Below, piece after piece: positions 49,570-63,228 of a DNA stretch of 64,000 nt (positions are counted from its first letter, which is position 1; every line of letters begins with the position of its first letter). The translations under genes and the position numbers were made by a program. The stretch is from Octopus bimaculoides. Taxonomy: Eukaryota. Location: NCBI RefSeq assembly GCF_001194135.2, contig NC_068993.1, positions 39,830,047 to 39,894,046 on the forward strand. Direction: 5' to 3'. The notes below the pieces were generated by a model. The model did no database searches. It was not told the DNA's origin and saw only the letters and a list, made by a program, of their open reading frames with translations.

Positions 49570-50390
49570 TTGCTGAACTCCGAGATACAGAGGCTTTGAC
49601 GAGAAAGATGGGTGTCAGAGACGTCATTCGGAAGCTGACCCTGAATAAGTACGTTCGCCACCACTGGAACAAGAAGCACAAGAGACGAAATCTGACAGAG
49701 CCAAGACCAAAGCGAACCACTTTGCAAACGTACTGCTGCTAGGGCCAGTTGTACAAAACTTCGATCAAGCCTCTTGCCTACGAACCGTGTGATGTTTCAC
49801 TTATTATGAAAACCAAGTTTCCCCAAAATGTGATGGTCTTTCGGTGCGTCTCCAGTGAGTGTGACACCATGCCGCCCCACATCTTTGAATAGGGTGTAAT
49901 CAATCCTTGACTGGAGAAGGTGGTTGCTTGAAGTTTCTGCTTGAGGGCCATATATGTTGCAGCAGGATTCGGCCCTATCTCTTCAAAAAGTCAGAAGTAG
50001 TTGTTGGAGAATTATTATGACTTCACCAGCCATATTTCTGGCCTCGTAATCCCTCCGATTGCATGCCGACAGATTTGGGGTGTGGTTGAGAAAAATAAAA
50101 CCGCTCTGCTTGCAACACCTAAGCCTAGCTGGTAAGCAAGATCAAGGAGAGTTCAAAGATCTTCCCAAGGACACAATAAGGAATGCATGCGCTAGATAAG
50201 GTTCCGGTGCCGTTTTAAGGCCGTGATGGAATGTGTGGGTAACTAATTTGATTAAACTGTTATCTTCCAGCCATAACGTAGTTGATGTTTTATGATCTTT
50301 TAAGATACTTTTATTTTTGGAAGGGATACCGTGTTTAATTTTCCCTTTATGTAAACTGTCAAATTTAACCAGAACAACTTATACACGCGC
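49570..50390 (+). mobile_element. Tc1/mariner-superfamily (maT/DD37D-like) transposon remnant: transposase pseudogene plus right end
   Basis: Plus frames: ALTRKMGV..VIRK (HTH-like), MKTKFPQNVMVFRCVSSECDTMPPHIFE* (ATG at 49806), PYMLQQDSA, ENYYDFTS..FWPRNPSDC, IWGVVE, NACAR..FR.RFKAVME..G..FD*. These are the QQDSAP(C)H, WPPNSPD.NP and C-terminal RL..V....G motifs. The putative right TIR is taaactgtcaaatttaaccagaacaac at ~50352-50378; no left TIR was found. Confidence 0.88.
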
Positions 50391-51756
50391 GCGCGCACGC
50401 AAATATAGTTGCATAGAGTGATAAATTGAAACTGAAAATATTCAGAAAATGTTACTTCGAATTTCACATAAATACTCATCAGATAAGATCGAAAATCCGA
50501 CAAATTCTAAATCATGTGAAACTCAGAGTAAAATCTTGCAAAATTTAAACATTAATGAAACACTTTATTTTCATCTCCGTTGGATATTCGTGAACAATTT
50601 TGTCCACCTTTCTTTGACCAAAATGCTCACATATCCATATATATATATATATATATACTTGTATATGGTGTGTTGCGAATTTATGGAAAGAAATACCATA
50701 AAACTCAACAATTTTGATAAAAAAGGCAAAAGAGAAGATGTTAAAATATATAAGAGAATTTTAATTCATGCAGTCGATCGTTTCGTACAGCGATATAAAA
50801 ATCATGCAAATTCATGGTTTGAACAGAATTAATAAAATTAATTATATATCAATGCAATCTTCAGTGCAAGTATTTAACCACAGCAAGTATTTAAATTTAC
50901 TATCTAATTGTAATATTAACAACTATGTTTCTGTTATTTACGAATTTTCCTACCTTATATTTAATACACACTAATGAATATTAGTTCTTATGCAAACACT
51001 TGACCATTTTACGTACCCTATTCTCTCTTTAATCCTTTGTTAACTAATAACACTTCTTTACGTTAACAATCCAGTTGCTCTTTATACACTATCTTCTCTT
51101 GTTTAACTTCATTCTCGTGTATCAGTTTTTTTTTTAATATACACCACACTAAGTTTTGTTTCTAACTGTCAGGCCATATCTTAATTCAAATATAGCCATG
51201 CATTTCCATTGCACATTTCTATACAATCTTTTCCCTACATGACTTATTTGGTGTTAGAATTATTCATCTATAGAGGGAACGTCTCTAAAACCTCTCTCAC
51301 TTATATTTTCAAATAACCGTTATAATTTTAGTTTTAGTTAATACCTAACTGGACTCACACATATCTTTTTTTTTTTGTCATAAGGATAAATATGAATCTC
51401 CTAGATCCTATTCTGCTGCTTCTTTTCTCAAGTCCTTTGTAGAAAATTTTACTTATACTTCTTGCACTGAAGATTACAGTGATATATAATTAATCTAATC
51501 TAATTCAACCTTTTTATACACGCACGCACACACACATATATATATATATTTGCATGTTTATATACATCTATACGTCTATGTATACACACACATATGTACA
51601 CACAGACACATATATGTTTACATATAAACGCTCACTTTTCTGTTTGTGTAATAGTTTGAGACGACACAAACATACATACATAATACATACATACACATAC
51701 ATACATACAAACATACATGCATACATACATGCATACATAATACATACATACATGCA

Positions 51757-51791
<35 letters not shown>

Positions 51792-52966
51792 TTATACATG
51801 CACACAAATATTATATATAAATGTATGTGGATATATATTACAAGACGTGTACACGTGTGCCTCAGTCGCAGCACGCGCAAGTGAACATGTGTGTTTGTGT
51901 GTCTGTGTATCTGTGTGTGCCTGCTTGTGTCTGTGAAATGCGTGTATCCATAAAGCTGTCTGTATATCCATATATCTGTAATATGAACAGAGAAATGTTG
52001 AATAGATGTCTTTCTGCCTTTTTGGAACGATAATGGTAACGTGGAAGAATTGTCTGATGACAATAGTAACGTTGAAATTAATGATATCCATTGCAGTTCT
52101 AAACGGAGAATTTTGATCGCAGAACTGCAGGAAGTGTATAGTTTGGTTGGTGACGGCACTATGGTAGTATCGTCACTTACAGCCAATAAAATAAAAAAAT
52201 AAATGGTAGAATGGCTTTACTGCTTCGGAATCAAGCAACAAAAGTTAATAAACAAATAAAAAAATCTAAGGAGAATAGATATATATCTTTCTATTGAAAA
52301 TATTTTTGTACATAATGAGATATATGTAAAGAAAACACACTAGCGAACAAAAACCAACAGCCAAACAGCTTGCTATATGAGATAGTAAAATGGAAATATT
52401 ACACATTCACATTCACACGCACACGCACGCACTCATATGCATATAAATGTGTATGTGTGTGTGTCTCTGTGTGCTTTTGTGTGTGTATGCTTATCAATAT
52501 ATATATAAATATATATATATATATNNNNNNNNNNNNNNNNNNNNNNNNNNNNNNNNNNNNNNNNNNNNNNNNNNNNNNNNNNNNNNNNNNNNNNNNNNNN
52601 NNNNNNNNNNNNNNNNNNNNNNNNNNNNNNNNNNNNNNNNNNNNNNNNNNNNNNNNNNNNNNNNNNNNNNNNNNNNNNNNNNNNNNNNNNNNNNNNNNNN
52701 NNNNNNNNNNNNNNNNNNNNNNNNNNNNNNNNNNNNNNNNNNNNNNNNNNNNNNNNNNNNNNNNNNNNNNNNNNNNNNNNNNNNNNNNNNNNNNNNNNNN
52801 NNNNNNNNNNNNNNNNNNNNNNNNNNNNNNNNNNNNNNNNNNNNNNNNNNNNNNNNNNNNNNNNNNNNNNNNNNNNNNNNNNNNNNNNNNNNNNNNNNNN
52901 NNNNNNNTATATATATATATATATACATACATTCATATATATATATATATACATATATATACATGA

Positions 52967-53038
<72 letters not shown>

Positions 53039-55101
53039 ATGTACATGTGCATGTATAATTATACATGTATGCGTATGTGTTTGCGTATATATTCATCACA
53101 CATCTAAAATATATAAATAAAAAAATGTGAGAAAACATTATTTCTTATATGCTTTCTTCCCAAGATTTTTCTTTCAGTGTTTAGAAGAATGAGGTTCTTT
53201 GCGTCTACTGTAAAGCCAAAATCGTATTTTGGTGAATAATGTCTTCTGATGTTTGGGCGAAAAATCTCCGATAACTTACCGAGTTCACCACAGAATATAG
53301 TCCTTATTAAATTTCTTTATTTTTTCATATCTTTATCTTTATTTCATCAGAAAGCTTGGTCCGCTCAGAGATTCTATGATTGGATTGAGTCAATGCTATG
53401 AAACGAGACGGATTTTATTGTACATATGCGCTCAACTTCACCTATTAACTTTCTCCATTCACAAAAAAACGTATTATGTTGAATGCCATCAAAAATATAA
53501 TATCTAACGTTTTTGTGTTTTGCAGTTGTTGTTTATTTATATATTTGTTTGTTGTTTTTCTTTTACTTTTTTGCCGGAAACTGCCTGACCACTCTAAGTA
53601 TCATGACGTACACATATTGAGATTTGGTGCTGCCATTGCTACGTTTTGCTATAGAAGCAGACTAGTATATTTCATTGTTTTCAGCTTCACTCCCATCCAT
53701 TAATCAGAGAGTGTGAACGATAATGGCTTCTGTCCCCCTCTTCAATATGGTGGAGTATAACTCTCTTGAGTACGTTACCGGTCAAAGAGAGAGCTTATCC
53801 AAGTTGTATGCTTGGATGCTAACTCCAACGGTCGAGTTCACAAAACCACTCACTGGTTCCCAGTTATTGCTGGCAAATATTTGGACAGACCAAAGCCAAT
53901 ATGTCGTTTGGAATTTTCGAAATTAATTTCCGCTTCAAGATGAAATAGGTGTTCTTTGCGAAACAAATTTCTTATTGTTGTTGCTCTTATCTTGCACATC
54001 TGTGTAATGTCACAATAGAACAGCACCAATATGATGGCTGCTTTCAAAGCAATGTACAAATATATGGAAATTTTGAATTAATTTAGTCATAGCTATGGTT
54101 TTTTTCTATTTCTATCATGGGACACATAAGTCTGAAATTTATTGCATTTTTCGTGTTTTTCACTCCTCTATTAATTACTCTACTCCAACGATTCCTGTTT
54201 TTTGTTGTTCCTTTGATTCCAGGTTTTGTATTCATATATGTATTTTGTGCTAGACTTACAAAACAGGAATATTTTCCGATAATATAATATATACAATGCG
54301 CACCAAAGACATCTATTATCAAGGTGTAAATATGTGCTTCGCACAAGATATATATTTTAACGGTGTTTGCTTATGTATGCCCACCGTTTACCTACTATAT
54401 CTAAAAACACTCCGCTATTTTCCAAGCATAACTACGCAACTCTAACTTGTAACATAAAAATGTTTAAATATGATACCATTTTATCTCATGCAGAAGTTTA
54501 TAACACTACACACAGCTATAAATTCACATTTAGACAATTGAGTTAAAACACACTTCAACGGTTTCTTAAATGTCGCTTTTTCTTTCTGCTTATATAGAAA
54601 AAAAGTGTTACGTGTTAAAAAAAAAAATCACTATATGTTTATTAATACAGGTAAATATGCAACAATTTAGTTATATACGTACAAAATATTTTTTTGTTAT
54701 GAACAAATGCATTGATGTGCTTGGTATAGAGTTTACTCTGCATAATTATATACATATTTATGCATCGATTTAGATCAATACACAGATGCAAATATACATC
54801 AACACTACTCTACTTTTACATTCCTGAAGTAAAAAAAAAAAGGTGTCGACAGTGACAAAATGGTGCATAATTGAGATAAGTGGTGATTGTTAGTAAAAGG
54901 TATCGGCATAAATAGTTTTCCAACTAATTACTCGTCCCATGATAAATGTGTAACAGCAACTGTGTTCGAAGAGTATGTTGGTGGGCGGTGGGTTGTGGGT
55001 GGTGCATGTGTGTTTATATGTACAGTGGGAAACTAGCTATGAAAAGAGCGATGATATTGACAAGTCATTTTTTTATCAAATAAATGTAAATTTTATATAT
55101 G

Positions 55102-55148
<47 letters not shown>

Positions 55149-55929
55149 CGCATCTTTTTCTCTTGCAGACATTTTATTCTATGTATTCAATTTTGGTTCT
55201 TTTCTATGAAGAGATTATTCTTGTCGATGTTCTTTAAAATTACATTTATGTCAAAAAATGTTGATGACAAACAGTATATTTGTTAGGTTTTAATAGAAGT
55301 GGAGAAATGTTATATAGAAAATAACAGAAAATAAGAGAATATTGAATACATTTTGTTTAATATGAATGTATCATAAAACTAGAAATATGATACGTTCTAT
55401 AAAATATTTTAGTAGAAATTTAGTCACGTTAAGTACTGTAAAGAAAGTTGACACTACTAGAGCTCTATGGAATACAATTATGGCCCAGATTGTTTTATAA
55501 TTTTTTTGCATATATTATAAGTTCTTCTCAATAAATTGAAAGCTCCGTACATCTCTTTTAAGAACTGGTTTTACTTCAAGTACAGAGTAGTTAACTGTTT
55601 TGTTTAATTCACAAAAGACTACCAAATGAAAATTCAGATAGCAAGCGAATGTTTTTAAGTTCATATTTTCGTTTGGTGCGAATGCTGTAATTGATGTCAA
55701 TATGTTTGTCTCCTCTCCCTTTCTCTCTCTCTCTCTCCCCTTTCTTCTCTCTTTCCTTTCTTCTCTCCCCATCTCTATCTAGCTCTCGCTATCACTGCTT
55801 ATGTTTGTGTATAAGCAGGCGCTGTTTGTATTTTGAATCATTCCATGATCCTGCAAAACTTGGAAATTATGAAATTTATAGTCATGCATTCAACAGAGAA
55901 AAATGGAATCCAAAATATAAAAAATGTGA

Positions 55930-56024
55930 GAAGCCTTGTTTGTTGCCTCACTGTACACTCTCTCAGACACTTCCAACAGAATCTCGAAGAAAACCGTCGT
56001 AAATATGAATGTATATATGTATAC

Positions 56025-56066
<42 letters not shown>

Positions 56067-56325
56067 GTATGTGTGTATGTGTGTGTGTGTGTGTGTGTGA
56101 GTGTGTGTAGGTATGTGTATCTTTGTGTTTGTCTTTGTTCCCCACCACCGCACGACAACCGGTGTTGGTTTGTTTAGATCCTCGTAATCTAGCGGCTCAG
56201 CAAAAGGGACGGTACAATAAAAACCAGGCTTTAAGAAATTAAGTAGTATGCCGGATCGATTCGATTATAACACCTCAAGCCGTTGGCTCAGCGTAGCCGC
56301 AGTCCAATGACTGGCACAAAAAATA
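55930..56325 (+). mobile_element. SINE family B, head decayed, 3' half clear
   Basis: gaagaaaaccgtcgtaaatat, (TG)n, then gttccccaccaccgcacgacaaccggtgttggtttgttta.atcctcgtaatctagcggctcagcaaaagggac...ctcagcgtagccgcagtccaatgactggcac. Confidence 0.8.
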
Positions 56326-56979
56326 CAATAGAAGATAGTACACACAACCCAGACAGCATTTTAATGAATCTCTGTTGGTGTCGACGATACGTATTCCGTT
56401 GTCCAATCAAATGCATTACCAACTCTTTGAATTAACATGTAAATGGCTGAGTATCTCACAGATGCGTGTTCCCTTAGTGGAACAGATACGTGTTCCCTCG
56501 GGTGGAATTTAGTTTCACACAGCATAACAAATTTGGACCCATAATCCATCCATTAACTTCTACGTGGTTTCAATTTATTCAATTTCATTCAGAAGTCTTC
56601 GATCGACTCAGAGCTATGATAAAAAAGATACTTAACTAAGATGCTGTTCAGTTAGATCAAAACTGTAGCCTCGCGATTGCTATTTCTCTAATATTTACAA
56701 CACCGCAACATACTGTTTCAAATATATTTACAACTCTTCAAAGCACTTCAAAAACCGCATCACTCTAAACCCAAACGTATGTTTCAATACTCCATGTGGT
56801 CCTCAACTAGGCGAAGATATGGATTACCTTAGGTAATAGATGTGTCTAAACACTATCTGCCATTCATGTAACGTGACATAGGCCGGCACGATTGGGCCGG
56901 ACCACGATTATACAATGCCAGCAACAACAAAAATAAATAGCCTTAAATTTAAACAGAAGTTTATTACAGTACCATACAC

Positions 56980-57268
56980 AAGTGCTACTCAAAGTGGTGG
57001 TCCGCGAACCAGTGCCAGTCCGCGAGCCATCAGCTGCCGGTACGTGGCGAAGGAGACATTATAAAATGCTTATAAAATGCTTATGTGATATTGCATTATT
57101 TGTTTACAAAATGAATATAAGATAAAAATAATTGTCAACTTTTGTTATATTCATTGTATATACTGTTTCCGGTATAAATTAATATTACTAAGAAATATTA
57201 CCGGTCCCTGGCATATTGGAAAAAAAAAATCTGCCGCTACTCCACATCAGATAGTTTGAGAAGCACTG
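56980..57268 (+). mobile_element. Non-autonomous hAT (Charlie-type) MITE, 289 bp, with TIRs and 8-bp TSD
   Basis: Left end (A)AGTGCTACTCAAAG; right end GTTTGAGAAGCACTG (reverse complement CAGTGCTTCTCAAAC). Flanks CCATACAC (56972-56979) and CTATACAC (57269-57276), 7/8 identical with central TA. Subterminal GGTCCGCG/CCGGT motifs are present; there is no ORF. Confidence 0.9.
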
Positions 57269-59571
57269 CTATACACAACAATAACTAACTGTGTACTATT
57301 GCATTTTAAATGGAATTTGATTGATATATTTTCTCGTTTGCTACGGTTTGGCAACGCTTGTTCTATTGTTTTATTGATTTTCTTATCTATAAACAGTTAG
57401 CTTAAAAATTCTCGTCGTCAATATTCTTTTCAGTTACATGATTTCCGTTCTGCGCTCCGCTGAACATGGAGCTGTTCGCGAACGTCTTCAGCCGGATATC
57501 TGTTTTTCGGTGAAAGATTACTGCTAGTTCTGTGCTCATCCCTTTATTTCTGTGAGAAAGGGATGTTATCAGTGGTCTCTCACGACCCTCCCAATAGCGT
57601 AACACCATAAATTGAGAAACAGAAAGAGAGAGTGTGAAAGGGGTGGGAGAGAAAGAGAGTGAAAGAAGAAGCGAAAGAGATTTTTTTTAATGACGCACCT
57701 CGCTTCTCATTGTAAATCACTCATGACGTTGCTTAACAAAGTTGATGGGAGAGACTTGATTCCACCACTATAGAAAATTGTGAGTAAATATCTCACTGTT
57801 GGTTTACATCACTTTAGAAAATGCACGGTGTGTGTACATGAGTAGGTGCGTATAATATCTGTGAAGTTATCTGAAAGCATAGCTATGTAATATTGCGCGT
57901 TTGTGCAATGTGAGTATGTGACAGCGTAAATATGTAACAGCGTATGTTTGTGAAACTACATTACAGGTTAAATATTATATCCTCTATTGCTTTTTGATAA
58001 AATATAGCGAAGATTTAATACATCCCTACGAGAAAAAAAAAAAGAAAAGCATATAAAAGACGAACAGAAACCTCAAAGCATATGGAGTCAATTTAGCCTG
58101 CATTTTATAAAGATACAGGTAAAAGGGTGTTGATTAGGTTATTATGGAGCTTGTTTTTGATGATTGCTTAGTTGTTTTTAAGCCACGTGAAAAAAAGCGT
58201 CTTTCTATATTATTGTAGCAAACACGAGGTGTGAATGATAAGATCACAATAGATAATTGTTTGCTTAGTTTTTAAATGAAAATAAAAGGACGTTAATCTT
58301 TAATAGAAACATAGAAGAGATTTTTCTTTCTGTATTTATTTATTTACTTCTCAGTTTTCTTTTTTTTTTTTCCCATAACATCTCTTCCAAACACAACTAC
58401 TTGATGTTTTGCGCCGGAACCGGAATTTATTGATGGTTCCATTGAAAGTCTTGTTGTAACTGAAGCTCAAGGAATGGTCGACCAGTATTTAATGGCAGTT
58501 CACCTACCTTACCACAACAACAACAACAACAACAACAATAATAATAATACTAATAATGCTGGAAAATGGTTAATGCTTTTTTTATATATATAGTTCCATT
58601 TATATTTTTATCCATAACTGGAGAAAATGTTTTATATGAACATCTGTTTGTCTCTCGCAACATTTCTCCTATGCTTTCATACAATTATTTGAACAACTTA
58701 GCTGATGGTTATTCATAACCAATCTTTCAGTCAATACTAGTTTAATGGAAATGAAAATAAAAAAAAAAGAACTATTTCTAACATTTATTTTCTGGTTCAT
58801 CTTCAAGTGGATTATTCTTTTGAACGTGACTCTCAGAAGACTGGGCATTTACATTTTTTAANNNNNNNNNNNNNNNNNNNNNNNNNNNNNNNNNNNNNNN
58901 NNNNNNNNNNNNNNNNNNNNNNNNNNNNNNNNNNNNNNNNNNNNNNNNNNNNNNNNNNNNNNNNNNNNNNNNNNNNNNNNNNNNNNNNNNNNNNNNNNNN
59001 NNNNNNNNNNNNNNNNNNNNNNNNNNNNNNNNNNNNNNNNNNNNNNNNNNNNNNNNNNNNNNNNNNNNNNNNNNNNNNNNNNNNNNNNNNNNNNNNNNNN
59101 NNNNNNNNNNNNNNNNNNNNNNNNNNNNNNNNNNNNNNNNNNNNNNNNNNNNNNNNNNNNNNNNNNNNNNNNNNNNNNNNNNNNNNNNNNNNNNNNNNNN
59201 NNNNNNNNTTTTTTTTTTTTTTTTTTTTACTGTGATGTGATAGATAAAGCTATCGAAATACAAGTTACGTGTTTATATGTATTTACCTGGATATTAAAAG
59301 TTCTTCCACTTAAACAAGGCAAAGAAACAAGCAAAAAAACAATAATAATAAAGAAGAAAAGATAAAGAGAAGAAAAAGGAGAAATATTCCAATTTTCTGA
59401 AAGCGATTATAGAACAAACGAATAGAGAAAAAATGTAGCTACTTGCAAGAGCTTATGTGATTTTGCTATTTTTCGATTTTGCTCTCATTGTTTATATTGC
59501 TATTATGTAGAAACACTAAAATTTCTGAAGTTCAAAATGTAGGCATTAACTTCATTATATTTTTTGAAAAT

Positions 59572-59750
59572 AGCCGTAGGCGCAGATGTGTGGTGGAGTA
59601 ATTCGCTTGACAACTACGCTTTGGTTTCAGTCCTACGATGCAGCAGCTTGGCCAAGTGTTTCTACTATACTCTAACTGTGCCGACCTTATACTTAGAGAC
59701 CAAAATTTGCTAAACAGAAACTGCGTGGAAGCCCATATATATATATATAT
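59572..59750 (+). mobile_element. SINE family B head ending in (TA)n
   Basis: cgtaggcgcagatgtgtggtggag...ttggtttcagtcctacgatgcagcagcttggccaagtgtttctactatac...gccgacc...cagaaactgcgtggaagcccatatata. Confidence 0.75.
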
Positions 59751-59880
59751 ACGGAGGATAATGAAGAAGTCACGGTTTGAAAGCGCTAACTAAATAAGCT
59801 ACAACACATAGCCACAAAGCTCACTCCAGTTCACACGATACATGTAGGGTAAACTATCTATTCTTCTGTCCACCTACCAG

Positions 59881-59911
<31 letters not shown>

Positions 59912-60919
59912 ACTTTTATAGATTTTTAAACCTTTTGAGCTTCAAAAAATTAAAGGTTTTAAATCTCATATAACTACAAACCTTTAAAACATTTATATCC
60001 GTAAAAATAAAAAATTATATCCATCAACCTATCGAAGAAAATTAAACCTCCTTGTACTCTACTCCCTTTATTTTTTTATATTGTTTAACCTTTTTTATTG
60101 TTTTTCTTTAGTTCTCCACTTCATCGTGTTTTATTGCATTTTAATTAATCTAATTTACATTTTATTTTGTGTCTTCTCAAATTCTTCCCTATTTATCCTA
60201 CTAAGCTACGAAGGGCTTTGCACTCTTACCTTACTAATATGAATATATATATATATATATATANNNNNNNNNNNNNNNNNNNNNNNNNNNNNNNNNNNNN
60301 NNNNNNNNNNNNNNNNNNNNNNNNNNNNNNNNNNNNNNNNNNNNNNNNNNNNNNNNNNNNNNNNNNNNNNNNNNNNNNNNNNNNNNNNNNNNNNNNNNNN
60401 NNNNNNNNNNNNNNNNNNNNNNNNNNNNNNNNNNNNNNNNNNNNNNNNNNNNNNNNNNNNNNNNNNNNNNNNNNNNNNNNNNNNNNNNNNNNNNNNNNNN
60501 NNNNNNNNNNNNNNNNNNNNNNNNNNNNNNNNNNNNNNNNNNNNNNNNNNNNNNNNNNNNNNNNNNNNNNNNNNNNNNNNNNNNNNNNNNNNNNNNNNNN
60601 NNNNNNNNNNNNNNNNNNNNNNNNNNNNNNNNNNNNNNNNNNNNNNNNNNNNNNNNNNNNNNNNNNNNNNNNNNNNNNNNNNNNNNNNNNNNNNNNNNNN
60701 NNNNNNNNNNNNNNNNNNNNNNNNNNNNNNNNNNNNNNNNNNNNNNNNNNNNNNNNNNNNNNNNNNNNNNNNNNNNNNNNNNNNNNNNNNNNNNNNNNNN
60801 NNNNNNNNNNNNNNNNNNNNNNNNNNNNNNNNNNNNNNNNNNNNNNNNNNNNNNNNNNNNNNNNNNNNNNNNNNNNNNNNNNNNNNNNNNNNNNNNNNNN
60901 NNNNNNNNNNNNNNNNNNN

Positions 60920-60974
<55 letters not shown>

Positions 60975-60981
<7 letters not shown>

Positions 60982-61075
60982 CTGTATATTAAAAATTTTG
61001 CTTCCCAACGATATGGTTTCGGTTTCAGTCCTAATGCACAACTCCTTGAAGAAGTGTCTTCTGCCATATATATAT
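60975..61075 (+). mobile_element. SINE family B head fragment
   Basis: gtggctgtatattaaaaattttgcttcccaacgatatggtttcggtttcagtcctaatgcacaactccttgaagaagtgtcttctgccat. Confidence 0.7.
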
Positions 61076-61324
61076 GTAACAATTCAACCGTTAATCCTGA
61101 CACGAATTTAAAAAATATTTACCTCTATCAATCTGTTTTCTTTCCTTATTCATTTCGTAGAAGAGCGTAGGCTCAAAATGTTAAAGACATCTTCCTTTTA
61201 CTCTGAAAGTCAAATTAATACAGTTTGTTTGTTGTACCTTTACTTCTCGCTGTATTTTGTTTGTGTTTCTTTTTTGTTTCATTTTGAACCATATGTATTC
61301 GTCTATGTGTTATGCGCATAAAAA

Positions 61325-61422
61325 AATATAAATTCTGAGGTCGATGTGTTTGACTAAACCCTTCAAGTTGCTCCAGCATGGTTGCAGTCCAATGACTGAA
61401 ACAAGTAAAAGATGAAAGAAGA
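61325..61422 (+). mobile_element. SINE family B 3' tail
   Basis: aaattctgaggtcgatgtgtttgactaaacccttcaagttgctccagcatggttgcagtccaatgactgaaacaagtaaaagatgaaaga. Confidence 0.8.
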
Positions 61423-61554
61423 AAACATAAGTCACGGTGAGAATTCTTTCGCTGTGATTTGTGAAGCTTACAACGAAGACTTGGCAAGGTTAGGAAACGA
61501 TCTACTACAGTGGAGACTTCTGTATTATTGTTGTTCACTATCTATACATATGTT

Positions 61555-61885
61555 GAAGACGGTGAGCTTGTAGAATCGTTATGCTTAGCGGCATTTCGTC
61601 AAATTCTGCCGCGGTCAAATTTGCCTTTCTTCTTCCCGGGTCGATAAAATAAGTATCAGTTGAACAACGGGGTCGATGTAATCAACTTACCCACTGCCTC
61701 GAAACTGCTGGCCCTCTGTCAAAATTTGAAACCAATATCTGTACATATGTACAACTTTTGCCGAGGTCGGCTTTCCTTTTCATCGTATTGAAGTCGATGA
61801 TATAGTCAAACAGTGAGACCCATGTAATCGACTAGCTCCCTCCTCCAAAATTTCAAACTTCGTTCTCGTAATAGTAAAGAATATC
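61555..61885 (+). mobile_element. SINE family A copy followed by a second partial unit with the alternative tail
   Basis: Unit 1 (61555-61740) ends ctgctggccctctgtcaaaatttgaaaccaat. Unit 2 (61758-61885): gccgaggtcggctttccttttcatc...atgtaatcgactagctccctcctccaaaatttc...agtaaagaatat. Confidence 0.78.
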
Positions 61886-62007
61886 TATACATATCTACTA
61901 TGAAACATATTAACCAAGTTTTTATCTATGTTTCTGATTTATGCCTAGAGAATCAGTGTGGAAAATTCAATGGGAAAGAAAAAAATCTGAGTGTTGCTTT
62001 AACACCA

Positions 62008-62389
62008 TGTTGTTGTTGTTGTTGTTGTTGTTGGCACTCCGTCGCTTACGACGTCGAGGGTTCCAGTTGATCCGATCAACGGAACAGCCTGCTCGTGAAA
62101 TTAACGTGCAAGTGGCTGAGCACTCCACAGACACGTGTACCGTTAACGTAGTTCTCGGGGATATTCAGCGTGACACACTGTGACAAGGCTAACCCTTTGA
62201 ATTACAGGCACAACAGAAACAGGAAGTAAGAGACATTTGTGGTGAAAGAGTACAGCAGGGTTCACCACCATACCCTGCCGGAGCCTCGTGGAGCTTTAGA
62301 TGTTTTCGCTCAATAAACACTCACAACGCCCGGTCTGGCAATCGAAACCGCGATCTTATGACCGCGAGTCCGCTGCCCTAACCACTGGT
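62008..62389 (-). mobile_element. SINE family D, near full length, (AAC)n tail
   Basis: Reverse complement: CCAGTGGTTAGGGCAGCGGACTCGCGGTCATAAGATCGCGGTTTCGATTGCC (tRNA-like A-box remnant and B box), a ~300-bp body, then ...CTCGACGTCGTAAGCGACGGAGTGCC(AAC)8. A related decayed copy lies at 15790-16030. Confidence 0.88.
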
Positions 62390-62869
62390 GTAAATTATCC
62401 AACGAAAATAAATAGAATTGATATTTTTTGCTTTTGCAATACTTCTTTTAGTATTTACTATAGTTACAGTTTTCGACCCACTGTTAAATGTATTTGGTTA
62501 TTACGCTGTAGAGACATATTTGATGAAATATTAGAATTAATATTAAGAAATTCTGAAAGATTCTTGTATAAAAATTATCTGTTGGGATGTCTCCAATTCT
62601 CGCAGCATAAATATGTTTTTCTTCAAATCGGTGGGGCACAACCGCTTTTTGCAGTTAACGGTAATAAAATTTTGAGCGGATATATACGCTTTCCTCTTTC
62701 AAAGGGTTAAACATTCTCAGCCACCATAGTTTCTCGAATAGCTGTTGCACGCCCTTCTGATGTGGTGTGGTTATACTTAGGTACAGCATGGATTCTTTCA
62801 TAATGCGGCGTAAGTAATTAACAAAGAAATAAAACTTGCAATAATATTTTCATTAAAACTTCCTTCATT

Positions 62870-62870
62870 C

Positions 62871-62901
<31 letters not shown>

Positions 62902-62968
62902 CATACATTCATACATACATACATACATACATACATACATACATACATACATACATACATACATACAT
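62870..62968. repeat. (ATAC)n microsatellite
   Basis: Direct reading. Confidence 0.97.
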
Positions 62969-63193
62969 GCGATGAATGAAACGAAAGAAAGTAGTTTCCA
63001 AATTATATGGGAACGACAACTGGAGGAGACATCCATGTCGTTTAAATAGGAAAAAAGAATTCGAACAAGAAGAGAAACCACATCGCTGGGTAAATCAGAC
63101 GAGGAATTGGTATCATATGAGAATATTCGACCAAAAAAGAAAAGAAGAGAAATAGGGAAAGAATAAGAGAAAGATGGATCGATAGATAAAGAG

Positions 63194-63228
<35 letters not shown>

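Noticed and set aside
52000-52200. Open frame NDNGNVEELSDDNSNVEINDIHCSSKRRILIAELQEVYSLVGDG...
   Set aside because: No start codon or acceptor AG in frame, and no recognised family.
53700-53960. 67-aa ORF MASVPLFNMVEYNSLEY... in a moderately GC-rich patch
   Set aside because: The upstream acceptor meets stops in all frames, there is no recognisable domain, and the length is within chance expectation.
59750-59880. Possible mariner end after (TA)n (tatacggaggataatgaagaagtc...)
   Set aside because: No partner TIR or transposase motif was found nearby.
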